Assembly: GCA_934447715.1 (NCBI GenBank)
Contig: CAKSER010000001.1
Location: forward strand, 55,386 to 119,385
Length of the DNA: 64,000 nt
Direction of reading: 5' to 3'
Origin: an uncultured Eubacteriales bacterium
GTDB lineage: Bacteria > Bacillota > Clostridia > Oscillospirales > CAG-272
Shown here: positions 56,190 through 64,000 of the stretch, one piece after another
How the letters are laid out: the number at the start of each line of letters is the position of its first letter
Position numbering within the stretch: the first letter of the stretch is position 1
Translations under genes and position numbers: made by a program
Notes under the pieces: model-generated
The model's database searches: none
Seen by the model: the letters and a program-made list of their open reading frames with translations, nothing else
What the model was told of the DNA's origin: nothing

Positions 56190-57557
56190 ATGCTGTCACC
56201 GCAAGAACTTAGAAAAGATGATTTCACAAAAACCATCAGAGGCTACAGTGCCGAAGAAGTTGACGAGCACATAAATTACATAATCGAGAAATATTCCGAG
56301 CTTTATCAGGCAAACGACGAGCTTGAAAGAAAGCTGCGCACCGCTCTTTCGGAAATCGACAATTTCAGGCAGGATGAGAAGGCGATCAAGACCGCTCTTA
56401 TAAATGCCCAGAAGGCGAGCGCCGCAATGCTGAGCGAGGCGAGCACAAAGGCAGATTCGATAATTGAGGATTCAAAGACCGAATGCGGCAGAATCCTTTC
56501 GGAATTTGACAGAAGAATTGCTGAAAAGAGAGACGAGCTTTACAAAATGGAAAGGCTGGTCGAGCTTTTCAAAAAGACGCTGTTTGAGGAATATCACAAG
56601 CATATCGCAAGGCTCGAGCAGATATCTCTTGAGGAGGGAAGCGAGTTTACGAATTTCGATCTTCCCGAGGATTACTTCATGCGCAAGGTCAAGGGTGATG
56701 TTGAACAAAGGGCATCCGAAATGGTTTCTTCGGGCAAATATGAAATAAAGCTTGAAGAAGACAGTAAGCCGGTACCGGAAAACGGGACGGCAAGTGAGAC
56801 ACCGGATGCGTCGGCAAACAGAGAGCCGGAGGATGATTCGGCTGTGCCGGGAAGCGTGGAGCTTAATGCCGAGGATGATGACGAGCAGATTTTTGCAGAC
56901 AATGCTCCTGCTCCGCTGCATCATGTTGAAAAGGCGGACGGACATGCTCCGATGACTGCTTTTTCGGGCAGTGAAGACGGTGCCGAAACCGGCAAGGCAG
57001 GCGCTGCGGACAGCACGGACGGCACAAAGACCGAAATCCATGACGAAGACGGCGAGGATGATATGGTCTTCAGCATGGGCGACGAACGTGATGAATTCAG
57101 CCATTTTGTGGGCGAAAACATAGACAGAACAGACAAGTCCTTAAAGGAAGATGAAAAAGAGGACGCAAAAGAAGCTGCAAAGAACGCGGAAGAATCGATA
57201 AACGGCGAGCCTCTTCCCGAAAACGAGGACGATGATGACGATATAATCATTGCGACAAGGACTCCTGTCGGAAGCGAGATGACAAGCGTCAAGGATGCAA
57301 TCAAGGCGCTGAATTTCAAGCTTAAAAACGAAAAGGACAATCCGGAAAGCGATGCACCAAAGGAGAACGAAAAGTCTGCTTTGGATGATGAAAACGACGA
57401 GTTTATCAAGCTCCTTAAAAAGGTGACCGTAAATACAGAGGCAAAAAGGCGCTCTGAGCTTGATGAGGTTTACTCAGGCGGAAATGCGAAAAAATCCGGA
57501 AAGGATCTTTCGATAACCGAAGAGTTTAATGCTGTATATAATAACAAACAAAAATAA
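56190..57557 (+). CDS. divIVA: DivIVA-domain protein with a long acidic C-terminal region
   Basis: The N-terminal LSPQELRKDDFTKTIRGYSAEEVDEHINYI is the DivIVA lipid-binding domain, followed by a coiled coil. The remaining roughly 300 aa are D/E-rich and low complexity. Confidence 0.85.
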   Translation: MLSPQELRKDDFTKTIRGYSAEEVDEHINYIIEKYSELYQANDELERKLRTALSEIDNFRQDEKAIKTALINAQKASAAMLSEASTKADSIIEDSKTECGRILSEFDRRIAEKRDELYKMERLVELFKKTLFEEYHKHIARLEQISLEEGSEFTNFDLPEDYFMRKVKGDVEQRASEMVSSGKYEIKLEEDSKPVPENGTASETPDASANREPEDDSAVPGSVELNAEDDDEQIFADNAPAPLHHVEKADGHAPMTAFSGSEDGAETGKAGAADSTDGTKTEIHDEDGEDDMVFSMGDERDEFSHFVGENIDRTDKSLKEDEKEDAKEAAKNAEESINGEPLPENEDDDDDIIIATRTPVGSEMTSVKDAIKALNFKLKNEKDNPESDAPKENEKSALDDENDEFIKLLKKVTVNTEAKRRSELDEVYSGGNAKKSGKDLSITEEFNAVYNNKQK

Positions 57558-57592
57558 ATTGCCGAATAATCGGAGAAACGGACATAAATAAT

Positions 57593-60376
57593 ATGGCTCA
57601 GGATTACACGAAAACGCTTAATTTGCCGCAGACCGACTTTTCGATGCGCGCAAACCTTCCTACAAAAGAACCGGAAATCTATAAAAAATGGACCGCACTT
57701 GGTCTTTATAAAACCGTTGTTCAGAAGAACACGGGCAAGCCGAAATTTATCCTTCACGACGGACCTCCCTATGCAAACGGAAACATTCATCTCGGTCATG
57801 CGCTGAACAAGATTTTAAAGGATTTTATTATCCGTGAAAAGAACATGAGCGGCTACTGCGCTCCCTTTATCCCCGGCTGGGATACGCACGGACTTCCGAT
57901 TGAAAATCAGATGATCAAAAAGTACGGAATCAAGAGGGGAGAGCTTGACACGGTCAAGTTCCGCGAGCTTTGCGATTCCTTTGCAAGAGAGAATGTCGAA
58001 AGACAGAGATCGCAGTTCAAGCGCCTCGGTGCGATTGCCGACTGGGACAATCCATATATGACGATTCTCCCGGGCTTTGAAGCCGATCAGATCAGAATTT
58101 TCGGCAAGATGACCGAAAACGGATATATTTACAAGGGAATGAAGCCGGTATACTGGTGCCCGAGCTGCGAAACGGCTCTTGCAGAGGCTGAAATCGAGTA
58201 TGCCGACGATCCCTGCACATCGATTTATGTAAAGTTTGCCCTTGACGATGACAAGGGACTTATAAAGAATGCAATCGGCACGACCGAGAATGTATATTTT
58301 GTCATCTGGACAACAACGACCTGGACTCTTCCGGCAAACCTTGCAATCTGCCTCGGACCGGAATTCGATTATTCGGTCGTTAAGGCAGGAAACGAGTATT
58401 ACATCCTGGCAAAGGAGCTTACCGAAAGCACAATGAATGCAGCCGGAATCACCGATTATGAGGTCAAGGCGACATTCAAGGGTCAGGATTTTGAAGGAAT
58501 GACGGCACGTCATCCGTTTATCGACCGCCCCTCCTATATCATTGTGGGCGACCATGTAACACTCGAATCCGGTACCGGATGCGTCCATACGGCGCCCGGA
58601 CACGGTGCAGACGACTTTGAGGTATGCAAGAAGTATCCGCAGATCGACTGTGTTGTACCGGTTGACGGAAGAGGAAGAATGAATGAGCTTGCAGGCAAAT
58701 ATGCAGGGCTCAAGACAGAAGAAGCGAACAAGGCGATCCTTGAGGATATAACAGCAAGCGGAGCGCTCCTTGCTTCAAAGCAGATTGTGCATCAGTATCC
58801 GCACTGCTGGAGATGCAAGCATCCGATTGTATTCAGAGCGACAGAGCAGTGGTTCTGCTCGGTTGACGGCTTTAAGAAGCAGACCTTTGAGGCAATCAAG
58901 GGCGTAAAGTGGATTCCGTCCTGGGGACAGATCAGAATCGAAAAGATGGTCGCCGACAGAAACGACTGGTGCATTTCAAGACAGAGAACCTGGGGTGTGC
59001 CGATTCCGATCTTCTATTGCGAGGATTGCGGAGAGCCGATCATCAGCCACGACACAATCGAAAAAATCGCACAGCTTTTCGAAAAGGAGGGCTCTGTTTC
59101 CTGGTTCAAGTATGAGCCGGAGCAGATTATAGGAGATCTTGCCGTATGCCCGAAATGCGGATGCAAAAAATTGCGCAAGGAAAAGGACATTATGGACGTC
59201 TGGTTTGATTCCGGAAGCTCATATGCCTATGTTCTTTCCAAGATGCTTGACGGGGGCGACAACTTCCCGGCAGATCTGTATCTTGAAGGAAACGACCAGT
59301 ACAGAGGCTGGTTCCAGTCGTCGATGCTCACCTCGGTTTCCACAAGAGGCTGCGCTCCGTACAAGACTGTTTTAACTCACGGTATGATTATCGACCTTGA
59401 GGGAAGGAAGATGTCGAAGTCCGCAGGAAACGGAATCGATCCTGCCGATGTAATAAAGCAGTACGGTGCGGATATCCTTCGTCTTTGGGTTTCCTCGGTT
59501 GACTATACAAGCGATGCAAGAATTTCGAACGAGATTCTGAAGCAGATGGCAGAGGTTTACAGAAAGATCAGAAACACCGCAAGAATCATGCTTGCGAACC
59601 TCGGAAACGGCGATGACCGCTTCAACCCGGACACAGATCTTGTACCGTACTCCGAGCTTTATGCAATCGATAAATGGATCCTTTCACGGCTCAACAAGGT
59701 CGTAAAGGAGGTAAGGGAAGCATATGATAATTATGAGTTCCACCTTATCTATCATACACTTAGCAACTTCTGCACGGTTGATCTTTCGAATCTTTATATC
59801 GATATTACAAAGGACAGAGTTTATGTCGAGGGCAAGAGCTCGCTTGCACGCCGCTCTGCGCAGACTGCTATGTATCTTGTTCTCAGCGCATTTGCAAGAA
59901 TGGTTTCGCCGATCCTTGCATTCACCTCTGAGGAGATCTGGGCTTGTATGCCGCACTTCTCGACCGATGATACAAGAAGCATTCTGTTAAATGACATGCC
60001 GAGCTACGACGAAAAGCTTGCCTTTGCAGACGAGGACAAGTGGAATAAGCTGTTTGACTACCGCGACGAGGTGATGAAGGCTCTCGAGCTTTCAAGAGCC
60101 GAAAAGAAGATCGGAAAATCTCTTGATGCAAAGGTAGAAATCAGCACATCCTCGGATGAAATCTATGCTCTTTTAAAGGAATTTGAGCCCGAACTTGAAA
60201 CGGTATTTATCGTTTCGCAGGTTTCGCTTACCAAGGGAGACGATAAGGTGGTTGTTTCTGCCGCCGACGGAAGAAAGTGCGACAGATGCTGGAAGTTTGA
60301 CCTTGACGGAGTCGAGGACGGAGAAGGCTTCCTTTGCGCAAGGTGCAAAAAAATTATAGGAGAGCTTGAGCTTTGA
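57593..60376 (+). CDS. ileS: Isoleucine--tRNA ligase (type 1)
   Basis: HIGH (PYANGNIHLGH), KMSKS, and the C-terminal zinc motif CDRCW...CARC. Confidence 0.97.
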   Translation: MAQDYTKTLNLPQTDFSMRANLPTKEPEIYKKWTALGLYKTVVQKNTGKPKFILHDGPPYANGNIHLGHALNKILKDFIIREKNMSGYCAPFIPGWDTHGLPIENQMIKKYGIKRGELDTVKFRELCDSFARENVERQRSQFKRLGAIADWDNPYMTILPGFEADQIRIFGKMTENGYIYKGMKPVYWCPSCETALAEAEIEYADDPCTSIYVKFALDDDKGLIKNAIGTTENVYFVIWTTTTWTLPANLAICLGPEFDYSVVKAGNEYYILAKELTESTMNAAGITDYEVKATFKGQDFEGMTARHPFIDRPSYIIVGDHVTLESGTGCVHTAPGHGADDFEVCKKYPQIDCVVPVDGRGRMNELAGKYAGLKTEEANKAILEDITASGALLASKQIVHQYPHCWRCKHPIVFRATEQWFCSVDGFKKQTFEAIKGVKWIPSWGQIRIEKMVADRNDWCISRQRTWGVPIPIFYCEDCGEPIISHDTIEKIAQLFEKEGSVSWFKYEPEQIIGDLAVCPKCGCKKLRKEKDIMDVWFDSGSSYAYVLSKMLDGGDNFPADLYLEGNDQYRGWFQSSMLTSVSTRGCAPYKTVLTHGMIIDLEGRKMSKSAGNGIDPADVIKQYGADILRLWVSSVDYTSDARISNEILKQMAEVYRKIRNTARIMLANLGNGDDRFNPDTDLVPYSELYAIDKWILSRLNKVVKEVREAYDNYEFHLIYHTLSNFCTVDLSNLYIDITKDRVYVEGKSSLARRSAQTAMYLVLSAFARMVSPILAFTSEEIWACMPHFSTDDTRSILLNDMPSYDEKLAFADEDKWNKLFDYRDEVMKALELSRAEKKIGKSLDAKVEISTSSDEIYALLKEFEPELETVFIVSQVSLTKGDDKVVVSAADGRKCDRCWKFDLDGVEDGEGFLCARCKKIIGELEL

Positions 60377-60864
60377 TTTTAATTCTTTGGTTTTCGATAA
60401 TTGCCGCGGCGGTTGTCCTTGATCAGGTAACGAAGATGATCGTTGTAAAAAACCTGATGCCGATCGGCAGTGCTGATTTTATAAAGGGCATAGTCGGCTT
60501 CAGATACACCGAAAATACCGGTGCGGCATTTGGAATGCTTAAGGATCACAGATGGTTTTTCCTTATTTTTTCCTCAATTGCGATAATTGCGGTTATGATT
60601 ATTCTTGTTGTATACCGCAAGAAAATGCATCCGCTTCTTTCTCTGACACTGGCGCTTTTTGCAGGCGGAGGAATCGGAAATCAGATCGACAGGCTTGTTA
60701 AGGGCTATGTTGTGGATTTTATCGAATTCCAGTTTGTCGATTTTGCAATCTTCAATGTTGCGGACATATTCGTAACCGTCGGAGCATGCATCGGAATTCT
60801 GTATTTTCTCATTTTTGAGGTATTTCGGAAAAACGGAGAAGAATCAATAAAAAATGAAAATTGA
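60373..60864 (+). CDS. lspA: Signal peptidase II
   Basis: TTG start overlapping the ileS stop, four TM segments, and GAAFG, NQIDR and FNVAD motifs. Confidence 0.88.
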   Translation: MILILWFSIIAAAVVLDQVTKMIVVKNLMPIGSADFIKGIVGFRYTENTGAAFGMLKDHRWFFLIFSSIAIIAVMIILVVYRKKMHPLLSLTLALFAGGGIGNQIDRLVKGYVVDFIEFQFVDFAIFNVADIFVTVGACIGILYFLIFEVFRKNGEESIKNEN

Positions 60865-61771
60865 TCCTCGGTATATAGGGGCAAGACTTGACGTGTACGC
60901 AGCGGAACGTGAGAACATTACACGTTCCGCTGTTCAAAAATTAATAGAAAACGGCGGCATTACGGTTTCTGGCAGAACCGTTCCGAAAAACTACAGGCTT
61001 CGGGACGGGGACGAGGTCGAAATCAGGCTGCCCGAGGCAAAGGAGCTTGAAAATGTCGAGGCAGAAAATATTCCGCTTGACATTGTTTATGAGGACGACT
61101 GTCTGATTGTCCTAAACAAGCCGAAGGGGATGGTGGTTCATCCAGCACCTGGCAATCCGGACGGAACGCTTGTAAATGCCCTGCTTTACCACTGCAAGGG
61201 AAGTCTGTCCGGGATCAACGGAGTGATCCGCCCGGGAATTGTTCACCGTATTGATAAGGACACAAGCGGTCTTCTCGTGGTTGCAAAAACCGACGAGGCG
61301 CATCTGTCCCTTTCCGAGCAGATTTCATCCCACAGCTTCGAAAGGCTTTATAATGCCATTATAAACGGCTCTCTTAAGGAAGATGCCGGAATGGTGGACA
61401 AGCCCATCGGCAGAAACCCGTATGACCGAAAAAAGATGGCTGTTGTAAGCTGTGGCAGGGATGCGGTGACCTTTTATCGGGTAATCGAGCAGCTTGAAAG
61501 AAGCCAGCTTATTGAGCTCAGGCTGAAGACCGGAAGAACGCATCAGATAAGAGTCCATATGGCAAGCCTCGGTCATCCTCTTCTGGGAGACACGGTATAC
61601 GGCGGAGGAAGAACACCGTTTGAAAAAGCCAACGAAAAGCTTCTTAACGGGCAGTGCCTGCATGCGAGGACGATCTCGTTTATCCACCCCAAAACCGGAG
61701 AGCTTATGCGCTTTGAATCGCCTCTGCCGGATTACTTTGAAACAATACTCGGAAAGCTGAGAATAAAATAA
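60854..61771 (+). CDS. rluD: RluA-family 23S rRNA pseudouridine synthase (RluD-like)
   Basis: An S4 domain, HRIDKDTSGLLV (catalytic Asp), and GRTHQIRVH. Confidence 0.9.
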   Translation: MKIDPRYIGARLDVYAAERENITRSAVQKLIENGGITVSGRTVPKNYRLRDGDEVEIRLPEAKELENVEAENIPLDIVYEDDCLIVLNKPKGMVVHPAPGNPDGTLVNALLYHCKGSLSGINGVIRPGIVHRIDKDTSGLLVVAKTDEAHLSLSEQISSHSFERLYNAIINGSLKEDAGMVDKPIGRNPYDRKKMAVVSCGRDAVTFYRVIEQLERSQLIELRLKTGRTHQIRVHMASLGHPLLGDTVYGGGRTPFEKANEKLLNGQCLHARTISFIHPKTGELMRFESPLPDYFETILGKLRIK

Positions 61772-61773
61772 AA

Positions 61774-62544
61774 ATGGAACACGAAAAGATAGTAATATTA
61801 AGCGACCTTGACGGCACGTTTCTTGATCGCGAGTCGAAAACGGTCGAAAGAAACATGAAGGCAATAGAGGATTTCAAGGCAAAGGGCGGTCATTTCTCGT
61901 TTGCAAGCGGAAGGGTTCCGCCGATGATGAGAAAGACATATCCCGGCTTTGACAGTCAGATTAACTCTCCTGCGATTTTGTGCAACGGAGGCTGTCTTTA
62001 CGATCCCGAAAGCCGCACATATCTTTATGAGCACCGGATGGACGGAGCGTTCTGTGCAGGTGTGCTCAAAGAGATGAAAGAAAACTTTGATATTCCGTAT
62101 TACGTTGTTTATACCGGCAATGAATATCAGATAAACGAAAATGCCGATATAGACAAAATCGACGGTATTGAGTGGAACAAGTTCTGCATCGGCGGAAAAA
62201 ATCCGGATTCTACCGAGGAAATGAAGAAATATCTTGACAAAAAATACGGCGATCGGTTCAACATGATACGCTCGAATGCGAGATTCCTTGAAATTGTCGA
62301 CAAATGCGTCGCAAAGGGAAACATGCTTCCTGTAATCAAGGATTATTATAAGAAAAAAGGGCTTGACGTTACGATCTGCTGCATCGGAGATTACGAAAAC
62401 GATCTTGACATGCTGAAAAAGGCTGACGAGTCGTTCTGCCCTGCAAATTCATTTGATTTGGTTAAAAAAATTGCAAAGCATACTGTTTGCTCAAACAATG
62501 ACGGAGCGATTGCCGATCTGATCGAATTTATGCTTGCAAAATAA
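61774..62544 (+). CDS. Cof-type HAD-IIB family hydrolase
   Basis: The DLDGTFL nucleophile motif and the C-terminal GDYENDLDML. Confidence 0.8.
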   Translation: MEHEKIVILSDLDGTFLDRESKTVERNMKAIEDFKAKGGHFSFASGRVPPMMRKTYPGFDSQINSPAILCNGGCLYDPESRTYLYEHRMDGAFCAGVLKEMKENFDIPYYVVYTGNEYQINENADIDKIDGIEWNKFCIGGKNPDSTEEMKKYLDKKYGDRFNMIRSNARFLEIVDKCVAKGNMLPVIKDYYKKKGLDVTICCIGDYENDLDMLKKADESFCPANSFDLVKKIAKHTVCSNNDGAIADLIEFMLAK

Positions 62545-62569
62545 TTCGGCGGTTTTATGGCGGTTTATT

Positions 62570-63673
62570 ATGAAAAATAGCTTTAATTACAAGAACGCGC
62601 TTATTTATGACAGCGAAAAGAGAACATTTTTTAAAGGCGGAATAAACGCTGAAAACGGGATTATAACCGATTTTGAGGAAAAGCAGGAGGCTGTTGATCT
62701 TTGCGGAAGGTATGTAATTCCGGGGCTTATCGATGCCCATACGCACGGCAGAGGCGGCTTTGACTTCAACACCGCAACCTCAGAGCAGATAAAGCAGATG
62801 AAGCAGCTTTACAGGCAGATGGGAGTTACGACCGTCATTCCGACGCTTGCTTCGGCACCTTACGATGATCTTTTAAGGGCGATCGACTATATAAAAGACG
62901 CAGGCTATCTCGGAGTGCACATCGAGGGAAGATATTTAAATCCCGAAAAGAGAGGTGCGCACCGTCTTGATCTTCTTGCGCCGCTTGACAAAAAAGAGGC
63001 AAGCGAGATCTGCAAGAGGGCAGAGCCGATCGCGGTACACATATCTGCCGCGTACGAGCTTGACAAGGACGGAAGCTTTTTAAAGGCAGCGCTCGAAGGA
63101 GGGGCTACCTGCGGTCTTGCGCACACGAGCGCGACTGTAGAGGAGGCTCTTGACTGTGTAGAGAGGGGAGTTACCTCGTTTACCCATTTGTTCAACGCCA
63201 TGCCTCCACTTCACCACAGAAAGCCGGGAGCCGTCGGTGCAGGGCTTATTTCGGATGCTTACACCGAAATTATCTGCGACGGATTCCATCTTGCACCGCA
63301 GACCGTCAAGCTTGTTCACAAGGCAAAGGCCGCCGACAGGATTGTTCTTATAACAGACTCGATGGAGGGCACCGGATGCCCGGACGGCGATTACAGCATT
63401 GCCGGTCTTAAGGTCGTTTTAAAGGACGGAAAGGCATATACCGTAGAGGGTGCGATTGCGGGAAGCACGCTTGAGCTTTTTGACGGCGTCAAAAATTACA
63501 TGAAATTCTGCAATACGACCTTTGAGGATGCTGTCGGCAAGGCGACGGTCAATCCTGCAAAAATGATCGGAATTTACAGTTCTGTCGGGTCGCTTGAGAT
63601 AGGAAAAAAGGCGGATATCTGCATCGTTTCCGGCAAAAATGACGATCTTAGAATCGATGAAGTAATCGGCTGA
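62570..63673 (+). CDS. nagA: N-acetylglucosamine-6-phosphate deacetylase
   Basis: GLIDAHTHGRGGFDF, HIEGRYLNPEKRGAH, and THLFNAM. Start moved to MKNSFNYKNALIYD. Confidence 0.88.
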   Translation: MKNSFNYKNALIYDSEKRTFFKGGINAENGIITDFEEKQEAVDLCGRYVIPGLIDAHTHGRGGFDFNTATSEQIKQMKQLYRQMGVTTVIPTLASAPYDDLLRAIDYIKDAGYLGVHIEGRYLNPEKRGAHRLDLLAPLDKKEASEICKRAEPIAVHISAAYELDKDGSFLKAALEGGATCGLAHTSATVEEALDCVERGVTSFTHLFNAMPPLHHRKPGAVGAGLISDAYTEIICDGFHLAPQTVKLVHKAKAADRIVLITDSMEGTGCPDGDYSIAGLKVVLKDGKAYTVEGAIAGSTLELFDGVKNYMKFCNTTFEDAVGKATVNPAKMIGIYSSVGSLEIGKKADICIVSGKNDDLRIDEVIG

Positions 63674-63680
63674 AAAAATA

Positions 63681-64000
<320 letters not shown>

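Overview
This window reads as chromosomal DNA from a mid-GC Firmicute, most likely a spore-forming member of Clostridia. Supporting markers are cotJA-cotJB-cotJC, ricT/yaaT, the yggS-sepF-divIVA-ileS-lspA-rluD order, and an F-type atp operon preceded by atpI-like genes. All function calls come from reading the translated ORFs and recognising motifs; no database search was possible.

Most of the window is housekeeping:
- tldD/pmbA and a complete atp operon
- a polar amino-acid ABC transporter followed by a yerC-like gene
- mrp-like ATPase, rpmE, hflX, a yigZ-family gene, dgt-like, dnaG and sigA
- holB, ricT, a 58-aa ferredoxin missed by the ORF track, and murA
- an AlaX editing protein and a five-tRNA cluster (Val-Asp-Phe-Gly, then Cys)
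- alaS, cotJABC, dapA, queA, miaA, a Cof-type HAD hydrolase, nagA and the 5' end of metG

The only clearly accessory stretch is about 35.0-45.9 kb, downstream of tRNA-Cys. It holds tRNA-Cys fragments, a heptamer-plus-hairpin repeat array, a four-helix-bundle pseudogene, fucO, a TetR plus oleate hydratase pair, a TetR-HMA-MacB-type ABC module, and pnuC behind a terminator-containing leader.

I found no integrase, transposase, reverse transcriptase, Cas gene, CRISPR array or recognisable defence or toxin operon, and no convincing novel multi-gene system. The most unusual things are non-coding:
1. The mirror-symmetric GTGAAAT/ATTTCAC array at 35.2-35.4 kb, next to the tRNA-Cys scars and the nonsense-disrupted Avd/IVS-family gene.
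2. A roughly 56-nt hairpin repeat family with three copies (29.25-29.37 kb and 48.80-48.85 kb).
3. About 12 helically phased A-tracts upstream of the ferredoxin promoter.
4. A two-carboxylate, Na+-type ion-binding signature in the ATP synthase c subunit.

Start codons were revised from the ORF track wherever a better Shine-Dalgarno sequence or conserved N-terminus was visible.
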